The translations under genes and the position numbers were made by a program. From Macrostomum lignano (taxonomy: Eukaryota): a stretch of 64,000 nucleotides of DNA. The stretch lies in the NCBI GenBank assembly GCA_002269645.1, contig NIVC01001052.1, positions 1 through 64,000 of the forward strand. Direction: 5' to 3'. Positions 24,600-36,900 of the stretch are shown in pieces (position 1 is the first letter of the stretch; every line of letters starts with the position of its first letter). The notes under the pieces are model-generated. The model did no database searches, was not told the DNA's origin, and saw only the letters and a program-made list of their open reading frames with translations.

Positions 24600-25822
24600 T
24601 CCTCCTGTCTTCAACTGGGGTCCTTCTGGCTTCAGCTGGGGTCCTTCTGTCTTCAACTGGGGTCCTTCTGTCTTTAACTGGGGTCCGTCTGTCTTCAACT
24701 GGGGTCCTTCTGTCTTTAACTGGGGTCCGTCTGTCTTCAACTGGGGTCCTTCTGTCTTCAACTGGGGTCCTTCTGTCTTCAACTGGGGTCCTTCTGTCTT
24801 CAACTGGGATCCTTCTGTCTTCAACTGGGGTCCGTCTGTCTTCAACTGGGGTCATTCTGTCTTCAACTGGGGTCCTTCTGTCTTCAACTGGGGTCCTTCT
24901 GTCTTCAACTGGGGTCCTTCTGTCTTCAACTGGGGTCCTTCTGTCTTCAACTGGGGTCCTTCTGTCTTCAACTGGGATCCTTCTGTCTTCAACTGGGGTC
25001 CGTCTGTCTTCAACTGGGGTCATTCTGTCTTCAACTGGGGTCCTTCTGTCTTCAACTGGGGTCCTTCTGTCTTCAGCTGGGATCCTTCTGTTTTCAACTG
25101 GGGTCCTTCTGTTTTCAACTGGGGTCCTTCTGTTTTCAACTGGGGTCCTTCTGTCTTCAACTGGGGTCCTTCTGTTTTCAACTGGGGTCTTTCTGTCTCA
25201 ACTGGGGTCCTTCTGTTTTCAACTGGGGTCCTTCTGTCTTCAACTGGGGTCCTTCTGTTTTCAACTGGGGTCCTTCTGTTTTCAACTGGGGTCCTTCTGT
25301 TTTCAACTGGGGTCCTTCTGTCTTCAACTGGGGTCCTTCTGTTTTCAACTGGGGTCTTTCTGTCTCAACTGGGGTCCTTCTGTCTTCAACTGGGGTCCGT
25401 CTGTCTTCAACTGGGGTCCTTCTGTCTTCAACTGGGGTCCTTCTGTTTTCAACTGGGGTCTTTCTGTCTCAACTGGGGTCCTTCTGTCTTCAACTGGGGT
25501 CCGTCTGTCTTTAACTGGGGTCCTTCTGTTTTCAACTGGGGTCCGTCTGTCTTCAACTGGGGTCCTTCTGTTTTCAACTGGGGTCCTTCTGTTTTCAACT
25601 GGGGTCCTTCTGTCTTCAACTGGGATCCTTCTGTCTTCAACTGGGGTCCTTCTGTCTTCAACTGGGGTCCTTCTGTCTTCAACTGGGGTCCTTCTGTCTT
25701 CAACTGGGGTCCTTCTGTTTTCAACTGGGGTCCTTCTGTCTTCAACTGGGGTCCTTCTGTCTTCAACTGGGGTCCTTCTGTCTTCAACTGGGGTCCTTCT
25801 GTCTTCAACTGGGGTCCTTCTA
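24600..25822. repeat. 21-bp minisatellite (TCAACTGGGGTCCTTCTGTCT)
   Basis: About 58 units with occasional 20-bp variants. Confidence 0.95.
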
Positions 25823-26482
25823 CCATTTGTGTTCCTTCTGTTTTTTGCATTCCATCATCCATCCGGTGCATTGCTTGGAAAATCATACTCACATAATATT
25901 TTCCAGAAAAAATCAGCAATTAGAAAAGTAATTAAAAAAAATTGGAAATGTTATTTGTCCATGGATGCGTGATCATTAGTTCGGAAATTCTTGAAACTCG
26001 CCTATTGGAAAGGCTTGATGTATAGTTACTACTATTGACAGAAATTAGCACGCGAAGCCGTCTGTATGGACTAATAACTCTTCCTTGAAATCATCGCCAG
26101 CTACTCACAATTATATCCCATGACAGCTAATGAGGTCTCTTTACTAGGTAGCGTGACAGGGACGGACATTACCGGAGCAATTCTTATTGGTAATAATGAT
26201 GATACTGGGATGGCGACAGATGAGGCAGGCTGCTGGGAATCTGAATGTATCGGAATGTATCTGTTTTGGTCTCCATCTTTCTAACAAACTTAGTTTCCTT
26301 CTCACGTGATTTAAAGCCGTTTTACTTTCGGAACGACACTTGACCCCCTCCTGTTAGGGCTGCTTCACGCCTCTGTGAAATGTCACATTAATGTTACAAA
26401 AGTTCAATAAATTACTTCAGTCAAGGCGCACGCACTCAGCAGGGCTTTTCGAACAGTCAAACCGCATTCGCTTCAACCTCAG

Positions 26483-26492
26483 AGCCAATCAG
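26483..26492 (+). promoter_or_regulatory. CCAAT box upstream of the DEG/ENaC gene
   Basis: AGCCAATCAG about 90 bp before the ATG at 26581. Confidence 0.4.
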
Positions 26493-26580
26493 AGGCCAGC
26501 AAGCAGCGACCGACTGTTCGATAAGGCAGCTCTGCCAGCCTGTGAGCAGCTCGCACAGACCGGGTGAGTCAGTTCAAGCC

Positions 26581-28359
26581 ATGCAGAATTGCCGGCGCAG
26601 CAACACGGAGCAGCAGCTGTCAAAGGAGGTCTGGCAGCTGCGCAGCGACAATCGCTTCAAGACGGCTGGCAGCGACAGCGCCAACGCGACGCGAACAAAA
26701 GAATTGGACGTTGGCGCGTCGCGGGTCCGAGCTGCCGTCGGCGGCAGCAGGCCGGCCAATGCGCGCGAGATTCTGCTCCAATTCTGCCGCGGCACCAGCC
26801 TGCGCGGCATTCCAAGAATCGTGTCCGCCGATTCCGGCGCGGTCCGCCTGCTCTGGCTGGTGTCCGTATCGCTGCTCGTGCTTGCCTGCTCTGTCAACCT
26901 GTACTTCATCATCAAGCTGTACTTTGCCAGAGACGTGGTGCAGCTTCCGGGCCAAGCCTTCAGACCCGACGCCAAGTTTCCATCCGTAACAGTGTGCAAC
27001 CAGGTGCCTCTGTCGCTCCGCGGCCACGGCCTCATCAACAGAAGAGGCTGGCGGCCTCCCAGAGAGTTCTGGAAGGCCGTGTGGAAGCAGAACCGGCAGT
27101 CTGTTGACGTCAATCTGAGTCAAGCCGATCGGCACAACCTGCAGGTGTACGCGCCTGGTTTCCTGTCGCTCAACGCCTATTTCGCCAACATCCCGCTGGG
27201 ATTTCAACCAGCCGAGCTTGGCTTCTCCCAGCGGGAGCTCATCCGCAACTGCTTCCTGCTCATCCGGGAGCTGTCCGGCGAGCCGCCAGTGAGAAGTCCG
27301 AAATGCGCCGACATGGGCGAGTGGCGGAGGATCTACCACCAGAACTGGCTGAACTGCTTCACCTACACTGTCAGCGAGCACGTCCGGGATCCAGTGATTG
27401 AGCTGGAGATGCGGCTGTTCCTCGGCCACGATCTGGAAGTTAAATGCGACGACTGCATGAAGATGGACGTCAACACGCAGGTGCGAGGCGCCACCATCGT
27501 GCTGCACCCCAGAGGCTCGTTCCCGGACGTGACCAGGAACGGATTCAACGCCTATCCGGGCACCCTCACGCAGGTTCGCTTCGAGACCATCAACTGGACT
27601 CGGCTGGGCCGGCCGTACGGCAGCTGCAGCTTCAACGCGCCGTCGTCTCTGAGCATCGGAGGTGAACGCTTCGCCTACTCGCGCGAGGCCTGCCTGAAGC
27701 AGCTCGGCCAGCTGCAGATTGAGGAGCAGTGCAACTGCACTTTTGCCTTCCTGTTGCACCGCTCGGCTAATCAATCTGGACTATGCGAACGACTCGACGG
27801 CGACATCAACAACTTCAGCGCCGAAGGACTGTCCAAAGCCCTTCGCAGAACGCGCTGCGCTATGAAACTCATTTTCCAGGAGGCGCACAGCCAGTGCCCG
27901 CAGCCGTGTAACTATCAGTCCTACCAGGCGTCCGCCACGCAGACACAGTGGCCCCGTCACTCCATGCAGCTGCACCTGTTCGAGAGCGAGCTGCTCCCCA
28001 ATTTGGCCATCAACCTGACGCGAAAAGCTCCAAAGAATCGCACCTTCTGGTCACTTGAGGACGAAGTTCGAGAAGCCTACTTGGAGGTGAAGAGGCTGCA
28101 TCAACAGGGCGGTCCAGCAGCCGCGGCGGACTACCTGAGCCGCACCGGCTTGGTCTCGCGCAGCTTCGTCACAGTTCGGGTCACGCGAGACAATTTCCAC
28201 GTGGCCCAGGTTGTGGACAAGCCGGTGCAGACTCTGGCCTCCACGATCGGTCAGGTTGGCGGCCTGCTGTCCATGTGGCTGGGCCTCACGCTTATCTGGC
28301 TTGTTGAGCTGATGGAGCTGTCCCTGTGGCTGTTGAGACTGCTCTGCGGAACTTGTTGA
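26581..28359 (+). CDS. DEG/ENaC (ASC family) ion-channel subunit, intronless, 592 aa
   Basis: TM1 after TSLRG, FPSVTVCN, NCFTY, Cys-rich thumb (YSREACLKQ...CNC...CPQPC), TM2 GQVGGLLSMWLGLTLIWLVE. Confidence 0.93.
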   Translation: MQNCRRSNTEQQLSKEVWQLRSDNRFKTAGSDSANATRTKELDVGASRVRAAVGGSRPANAREILLQFCRGTSLRGIPRIVSADSGAVRLLWLVSVSLLVLACSVNLYFIIKLYFARDVVQLPGQAFRPDAKFPSVTVCNQVPLSLRGHGLINRRGWRPPREFWKAVWKQNRQSVDVNLSQADRHNLQVYAPGFLSLNAYFANIPLGFQPAELGFSQRELIRNCFLLIRELSGEPPVRSPKCADMGEWRRIYHQNWLNCFTYTVSEHVRDPVIELEMRLFLGHDLEVKCDDCMKMDVNTQVRGATIVLHPRGSFPDVTRNGFNAYPGTLTQVRFETINWTRLGRPYGSCSFNAPSSLSIGGERFAYSREACLKQLGQLQIEEQCNCTFAFLLHRSANQSGLCERLDGDINNFSAEGLSKALRRTRCAMKLIFQEAHSQCPQPCNYQSYQASATQTQWPRHSMQLHLFESELLPNLAINLTRKAPKNRTFWSLEDEVREAYLEVKRLHQQGGPAAAADYLSRTGLVSRSFVTVRVTRDNFHVAQVVDKPVQTLASTIGQVGGLLSMWLGLTLIWLVELMELSLWLLRLLCGTC

Positions 28360-28390
28360 ATGCAATGTAACTAATATAATAATTAATATA

Positions 28391-28635
28391 ATTGATTACA
28401 CCTGCCCTGCAATTGGGCCAGATGTGCGACCGACAGCTCAGCCGCAGCTATTGCGCAGCGCATCTGAAGGCTGCGTACGGCTGTTCAGTCCAAGGACTGG
28501 GGGGTCGCCACACACACCCTCAATTACCCCAGCTAATGCTGACACCCATTTTACAGCTGGTTGAACTGACAATGCAGAGTAAGTGTCTTTTGCTCAAGGA
28601 CACACATTGTTCCTGTGGAATCGGGAATCGAACCC
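28391..28635 (-). mobile_element. CORE-SINE copy (5'-truncated) about 30 bp downstream of the ENaC stop
   Basis: Complete 3' end (GCAGGTGTAATCAAT plus AT-rich tail), CORE block and B box. Confidence 0.88.
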
Positions 28636-28882
28636 GCAATGCATGTTCTGAAGTACATGTAGCTTTTGTGTCAATGTACATGTAGTCAAATTGCCTGTCT
28701 CTTCAGCGCTGGATATGGGGCGCCCGCAGCCCTTTCCACCAAAGAAAGCACGAGCGTAACTGGTTTCCATAGACGAAACCTGAAGTTGGTGAATAATTAT
28801 TGTTATTGATGCAATTAGACTAATTAGCATTTCTACTTTTTAAAAACTCAGTCTAGTTTATTCAATCCGTAACTCAACCAAA

Positions 28883-29638
28883 ATGAATGTCAGTCTATCA
28901 GAGTCGTCAGCTTACAAAATATGGAAAAGTTTGTCATTCATGTGCGAAAACTCGCGCCTAATTCCTGGACAAATGGTGTGCAACTTCTTCATCAAGTATC
29001 TGACAACGAATTCTTATTTCGCGAAGCAGCGCGGCGGCAAGACCAGCTTGCCATGGAAGTCCATGGTGAAGGCCAACCTCACTGAGCTAACTGTATTTCT
29101 GTCTACACAGAATTCCCCTTCCGATGCCGTGGATGAGTGTAAATTCCACAGGCTGTGGCAACTGATGCACCTGGATAACATGACCGTGTTCTTTGAGAAA
29201 ATTATCGAGCTAATTGACGAATCGGCACCCCTGAACGACTACGTGCTGACTAGTAAGAGGATGTTCGCTGCACTATCCAGTGTTGTGAAGCCAGAACAGG
29301 CCTCCGTTATTGACTTTCTGCACTACATCTGCTATTTCTATTGCGGCACTTCGCCAGGGTTTCTGCACAAGCACGAGACCATCTTGCTGCTGCAGGACAT
29401 CTGTCGCGACTGGGGCACAATATTTGACAGGATTTACAGCTTCCTCGAGGTGCACAATCAGGGCGCGGTGACTAGCGAGCTGATTGAGACTCGCTGCCCG
29501 ATGCTGCCGATCGAGGAATCGGCAGTTCAGGAGGACAGGAACCAGGTTGTTGTTGTTTCCAAGGAAGATTTCTGCAATAACATGCGACAGAAAATACCGG
29601 CCGTGCTTTGCGGCTGCAAGATTGAAATTATCGTGTAG
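28883..29638 (+). CDS. Intronless 251-aa protein, possibly a divergent EF-hand (calcineurin-B/NCS-like)
   Basis: Long ATG-initiated ORF in non-repetitive DNA; FYCGTSPGFLHKHETILLL and VSKEDFCNNM resemble degenerate EF-hand loops; family call is tentative. Confidence 0.55.
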   Translation: MNVSLSESSAYKIWKSLSFMCENSRLIPGQMVCNFFIKYLTTNSYFAKQRGGKTSLPWKSMVKANLTELTVFLSTQNSPSDAVDECKFHRLWQLMHLDNMTVFFEKIIELIDESAPLNDYVLTSKRMFAALSSVVKPEQASVIDFLHYICYFYCGTSPGFLHKHETILLLQDICRDWGTIFDRIYSFLEVHNQGAVTSELIETRCPMLPIEESAVQEDRNQVVVVSKEDFCNNMRQKIPAVLCGCKIEIIV

Positions 29639-30968
29639 CTTCGGATCTGATGCAGCAAACGGAGTGAATTCAGCATCGGTAATGAAAATATTAACTTAAT
29701 TGTTCTAACGGCAATAATCACCTGTATAGCATTGAAACAGGGATCGGCAAACTCTGGACCTGATCAGGTCCTTTCAACTTCCGACCCACTCAAAGTTTGT
29801 ATCTTCTCTTCATTTCTCTTTCTCACCAGGCCCGCAAGCTACATCATTTGCCTGGCTCTTGAGGTAAAAAATCTCAAGGTAAATCATCTCCTGGCTCTTG
29901 AGGATACGAGAAGAGAGATGAACAAGGTGTAGAGAGAAGAGAGAGAGGAGAGAGGAATGAAGAGAAGGAATACGAGAAGAGGAAAAAAGATTTTAAGCCA
30001 GGTTATAAGCAGCATACTCAAAAGCAGCCCATAGCTTCTGTACATGTTCTATTATAGGTAGGTTGCATTAAGAATGAGGACAAGGTGTTTTTTGTTTAAT
30101 CCTAAGAGAAAATTATTTTCAATTGTCTCGATCTGCAACAGCCATTTTTGCTTTACGCTGTTTCCTTGCCCATATAGCTTCGATTTCTCCTCAAATTTAA
30201 TCCAGAAATCTAAATATTTAATTACTATAAGCGCGAGATACGAACTAGTTTAATCTACAGTACCAATCTAGTTATATATTGTTGAGCAAATACGACCGTA
30301 AATCACGATCCGTGTTGATCTTAAAAGTGCGTCATAGATATTTTTGTCAGTTATTTCTCTTACGATGCCATATAATACAGTATTTCCGGGCTTAGTAAAA
30401 TTTCTATTCTATAACAGATTTCAAGGGAAAGGGAAATGGCGGATTTCATATCTACCAATATATTACGGCTGATCGATGGCCTGACCAGCCAGAAAATTAT
30501 AATCCAGCACCCCAACTAAAATGGACATGCAAAACAGATTCGATAGCTGACGAATTCGGAAACAGCTGTAAAGGTGTGTTAAATATGCTCGTAACAATAA
30601 GTAAAAACCCGTGTTTAATTATCAAGGGCAACTCCTTGCTTGCAGAATTGGTGCAAAGAAGTATTGCACAGTTATGTATTTTGTTACAAAGCTTTCCGAA
30701 ACAGTCGTAGCATTAAACAACCAACTTCTGGAAATTGAAATATGAATACAAAACCTGCGCACAAATGACTAATTAGAGTTAATTATACAAATAAAGTTAG
30801 ACAGGCTGGTTAAAAATTTTAAACAAACAAAAATGCGTTTAGTTTTACAATATTGAATATTTAACACTAACAGTATGATAAACAATAGCGATTAATGTTA
30901 TTATCAGTTTGACTGCCAAATAAAATGGTTAATTTGTGTCACAAACTTGCAGATTCATATATGCACCG

Positions 30969-33900
30969 CTAAGCCTGCTGGGATGCCAGCCTGGGGTCCG
31001 GCGGCTCGTAGCTGCCAGACGTCATAAAAACGTCCATGTTTCGCTCCAGGAAGCTGAAATTACAGGTGCAACAGAATTAATAACTGAGCAAAACATACCT
31101 GCCTAAATGTAGTGATGTAGCACTATTTGTTTCTCAAGTCAATTGCTGCGGCAATTCTGCAGAGTTCACCTGACTCCTGAGCACCTGCATTGTAGGGGTT
31201 GCAGCCTAATGGTCAGAGCGTCGGACTCACGACTTGAAGGTCGGGGGTTCGATTCCCGATCCCACTCGAAGAACAATTTGTGTCCTTAAGCAAGACACTT
31301 AACTCTGTGCATTGCTTCAGCTCACCCAGCTGTAAAATGGGTGCCAGCATTGGCTGGGGTAATTGAGGGTGAATATGGCGACCCTCCAGTCCTTGGACTG
31401 AACAGCCGTACGCAGCCTTCAGATGCGCCGCGCAATAGCTGCGGCTGAGCTGTCGGTTGCCCATCTGGCCATTAGAGCAGGTGTAATCAATATTAGTAAG
31501 TAGGAGCTGCTGCAGTGTACATGTACACCCGAATATTCACGCCTGATGTTCGGAAGACGAACATCGGAAGACGCCCGAGGTTCCGATATATTCAATAATC
31601 TTTGCATTATCCCGAAATCCAGCCGACTAAATCCGATAATCTTTATGGCGATGTCGTACTTAAAGCAGGCACTGGATTAACACCGAGAGAGAGCTGGATT
31701 TACAAGCGCAGGATAAGATAAACATGCTCGAATATGGTGTTGGTCTGGTGTGGAGCAACTCAGCGGTAAGCCCGTCCACCCATATGCAATTCACACCCAT
31801 ATGAGGGTCATGCCACTTCCATGAGACACAACAATTAGAAAGTCAAAGGGCCGTTGTACACCGTCTGAGTGTATGAGTGAGTATGAGCGTCTGTACTCAG
31901 GATGCGTTCTCTAGACAAATTCCAGGCTTTACAGGTCATTTCTAAGAAAAACCAGTGTAGCAAGCGTCTACTGCAGCTGTCCATGAATCAGACTGGGAGA
32001 CATTCTCCCCCCCCCCCCTAGAGGAGCAACTTGATCCAGACTTAAATATCTATCCCTATTAAAGGCAATTTTTTCCTAATGCATATAATAATCCAGCCGC
32101 AATAGACTACTCACAGTAGAAAAGCGTCGCAATAATCCAACAGCGTATTCAAGCACTTCAAATCCAGTTTAGTATGCGATAACAGATCGCCCAGTCGGAC
32201 AAACAGCCTCAGCAGATGCATGCAGCCGTACAGACTGGCCGGCATCGCCGTTCTGTGACTCTTCAACAGAGAAGAGAACTGCTGTCGCTCATTGCTGTAC
32301 AGCAGCTGACTGTTCAGCACCGTGTTGAAGTAGCTCTGCAGGCCGGCTACGAATTCGGACAGGCGTTCTCGTTCCAGCTCGTCAGCATTGCTGATGGCCG
32401 ATTGGGTGGTCACGAATCGGCCGAGAATGCCGGACACCTGGGCGAAATTGACAGATACTAATGGTGAATCTGGCAGTTTGACACTTGAATACAGAGAGTA
32501 GCAGATCCAGATGGCAGTTTGACACACTTGAATACAGAGAGTAGCAGATCCAGATGGCAGTTTGACACACTTGAATACAGGGAGTAGCAGATTCAGATGG
32601 CAGTTTGATACACTTGAATACAGGGAGTAGCAGATCCAGATGGCAGTTTGACACACTTGAATACAGAGAGTAGCAGATCCAGATGGCAGTTTGACACACT
32701 TGAATACAGGGAGTAGCAGATTCAGATGGCAGTTTGATACACTTGAATACAGGGAGTAGCAGATCCAGATGGCAGTTTGACACACTTGAATACAGAGAGT
32801 AGCAGATCCAGATGGCAGTTTGACACACTTGAATACAGGGAGTGGTAGATTCAGATGGCAGTTTGACACACTTGAATACAGGGAGTGGTAGATTCAGATG
32901 GCAGTTTGACACACTTGAATACAGAGAGTAGCAGATTCAGATGGCAGTTTGACACACTTGAATACAGGGAGTGGTAGATTCAGATGGCAGTTTGACACAC
33001 TTGAATACAGAGAGTAGCAGATCCAGATGGCAGTTTGACACACTTGAATACAGAGAGTAGCAGATCCAGATGGCAGTTTGACACACTTGAATACAGAGAG
33101 TAGCAGATCCAGATGGCAGTTTGACACACTTGAATACAGAGAGTAGCAGATCCAGATGGCAGTTTGACACACTTGAATACAGAGAATAGCAGATCCAGAT
33201 GGCAGTTTGACACACTTGAATACAGAGAGTAGCAGATCCAGATGGCAGTTTGACACACTTGAATACAGAGAGTAGCAGATCCAGATGGCAGTTTGACACA
33301 CTTGAATACAGAGAATAGCAGATCCAGATGGCAGTTTGACACACTTGAATACAGAGAGTAGCAGATCCAGATGGCAGTTTGACACACTTGAATACAGAGA
33401 ATAGCAGATCCAGATGGCAGTTTGACACACTTGAATACAGAGAGTAGCAGATCCAGATGGCAGTTTGACACACTTGAATACAGAGAATAGCAGATCCAGA
33501 TGGCAGTTTGACACACTTGAATACAGAGAGTAGCAGATCCAGATGGCAGTTTGACACACTTGAATACAGAGAGTAGCAGATCCAGATGGCAGTTTGACAC
33601 ACTTGAATACAGAGAGTAGCAGATCCAGATGGCAGTTTGACACACTTGAATACAGAGAGTAGCAGATCCAGATGGCAGTTTGACACACTTGAATACAGAG
33701 AGTAGCAGATCCAGATGGCAGTTTGACACACTTGAATACAGAGAGTAGCAGATCCAGATGGCAGTTTGACACACTTGAATACAGAGTAGCAGATCCAGAT
33801 GGCAGTTTGACACACTTGAATACAGAGAACAGCAGATCCAAATGGCAGTTTGACACACTTGAATACAGAGAGTAGCAGATCCAGATGGCAGTTTGACACA

Positions 33901-36900
33901 CTTGAATACAGAGAGTAGCAGATCCAGATGGCAGTTTGACACACTTGAATACAGAGAGTAGCAGATCCAGATGGCAGTTTGACACACTTGAATACAGAGA
34001 GTAGCAGATCCAGATGGCAGTTTGACACACTTGAATACAGAGAGTAGCAGATCCAAATGGCAGTTTGACACACTTGAATACAGAGAGTAGCAGATCCAGA
34101 TGGCAGTTTGACACACTTGAATACAGAGAATAGCAGATCCAGATGGCAGTTTGACACACTTGAATACAGAGAGTAGCAGATCCAGATGGCAGTTTGACAC
34201 ACTTGAATACAGAGAGTAGCAGATCCAGATGGCAGTTTGACACACTTGAATACAGAGAGTAGCAGATTCAGATGGCAGTTTGACACACTTGAATACAGAG
34301 TAGCAGATCCAGATGGCAGTTTGACACACTTGAATACAGAGAATAGCAGATCCAGATGGCAGTTTGACACACTCACACACTTGAATACAGAGAGTAGCAG
34401 ATCCAGATGGCAGTTTGACACACTTGAATACAGAGAGTAGCAGATCCAGATGGCAGTTTGACACACTTGAATACAGAGAGTAGCAGATCCAGATGGCAGT
34501 TTGACACACTTGAATACAGAGAATAGCAGATCCAGATGGCAGTTTAACACACTTGAATACAGAGAGTAGCAGATCCAGATGGCAGTTTGACACACTTGAA
34601 TACAGAGAGTAGCAGATCCAGATGGCAGTTTGACACACTTGAATACAGAGAGTAGCAGATCCAGAAGGCAGTTTGATACACTTGAATACAGAGAGTAGCA
34701 GATCCAGATGGCAGTTTGACACACTTGAATACAGAGAGTAGCAGATTCAGATGACAGTTTGACACACTTGAATACAGAGAGTAGCAGAACCAAATGGCAG
34801 TTTGACACACTTGAATACAGAGAGTAGCAGATCCAGATGGCAGTTTGACACACTTGAATACAGAGAGTAGCAGATCCAGATGGCAGTTTGACACACTTGA
34901 ATACAGAGAGTAGCAGATCCAGATGGCAGTTTGACACACTTGAATACAGGGAGTAGCAGATTCAGATGGCAGTTTGATACACTTGAATACAGGGAGTAGC
35001 AGATCCAGATGGCAGTTTGACACACTTGAATACAGGGAGTGGTAGATTCAGATGGCAGTTTGACACACTTGAATACAGGGAGTGGTAGATTCAGATGGCA
35101 GTTTGACACTTGAATACAGAGAGTAGCAGATCCAGATGGCAGTTTGACACACTTGAATACAGAGAGTAGCAGATCCAGATGGCAGTTTGACACACTTGAA
35201 TACAGGGAGTAGCAGATTCAGATGGCAGTTTGATACACTTGAATACAGGGAGTAGCAGATCCAGATGGCAGTTTGACACACTTGAATACAGGGAGTGGTA
35301 GATTCAGATGGCAGTTTGACACACTTGAATACAGGGAGTGGTAGATTCAGATGGCAGTTTGACACACTTGAATACAGAGAGTAGCAGATTCAGATGGCAG
35401 TTTGACACACTTGAATACAGGGAGTGGTAGATTCAGATGGCAGTTTGACACACTTGAATACAGAGAGTAGCAGATCCAGATGGCAGTTTGACACACTTGA
35501 ATACAGAGAGTAGCAGATCCAGATGGCAGTTTGACACACTTGAATACAGAGAGTAGCAGATCCAGATGGCAGTTTGACACACTTGAATACAGAGAATAGC
35601 AGATCCAGATGGCAGTTTGACACACTTGAATACAGAGAATAGCAGATCCAGATGGCAGTTTGACACACTTGAATACAGAGAGTAGCAGATCCAGATGGCT
35701 GTTTGACACACTTGAATACAGAGAGTAGCAGATCCAGATGGCAGTTTGACACACTTGAATACAGAGAGTAGCAGATCCAGATGGCAGTTTGACACACTTG
35801 AATACAGAGAGTAGCAGATCCAGATGGCAGTTTGACACACTTGAATACAGAGAGTAGCAGATCCAGATGGCAGTTTGACACACTTGAATACAGAGAGTAG
35901 CAGATCCAGATGGCAGTTTGACACACTTGAATACAGAGTAGCAGATCCAGATGGCAGTTTGACACACTTGAATACAGAGAACAGCAGATCCAAATGGCAG
36001 TTTGACACACTTGAATACAGAGAGTAGCAGATCCAGATGGCAGTTTGACACACTTGAATACAGAGAGTAGCAGATCCAGATGGCAGTTTGACACACTTGA
36101 ATACAGAGAGTAGCAGATCCAGATGGCAGTTTGACACACTTGAATACAGAGAGTAGCAGATCCAGATGGCAGTTTGACACACTTGAATACAGAGAGTAGC
36201 AGATCCAAATGGCAGTTTGACACACTTGAATACAGAGAGTAGCAGATCCAGATGGCAGTTTGACACACTTGAATACAGAGAATAGCAGATCCAGATGGCA
36301 GTTTGACACACTTGAATACAGAGAGTAGCAGATCCAGATGGCAGTTTGACACACTTGAATACAGAGAGTAGCAGATCCAGATGGCAGTTTGACACACTTG
36401 AATACAGAGAGTAGCAGATTCAGATGGCAGTTTGACACACTTGAATACAGAGTAGCAGATCCAGATGGCAGTTTGACACACTTGAATACAGAGAATAGCA
36501 GATCCAGATGGCAGTTTGACACACTCACACACTTGAATACAGAGAGTAGCAGATCCAGATGGCAGTTTGACACACTTGAATACAGAGAGTAGCAGATCCA
36601 GATGGCAGTTTGACACACTTGAATACAGAGAGTAGCAGATCCAGATGGCAGTTTGACACACTTGAATACAGAGAATAGCAGATCCAGATGGCAGTTTAAC
36701 ACACTTGAATACAGAGAGTAGCAGATCCAGATGGCAGTTTGACACACTTGAATACAGAGAGTAGCAGATCCAGATGGCAGTTTGACACACTTGAATACAG
36801 AGAGTAGCAGATCCAGAAGGCAGTTTGATACACTTGAATACAGAGAGTAGCAGATCCAGATGGCAGTTTGACACACTTGAATACAGAGAGTAGCAGATTC

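Noticed and set aside
18980-25972. Repetitive ORFs (IELK, SSIL, NWGPSVF etc.)
   Set aside because: Stop-free frames of the 12- and 21-bp arrays; no coding features.
31195-31270. tRNA gene
   Set aside because: The tRNA-like head continues into the SINE body in all copies; no clean acceptor stem or terminator.
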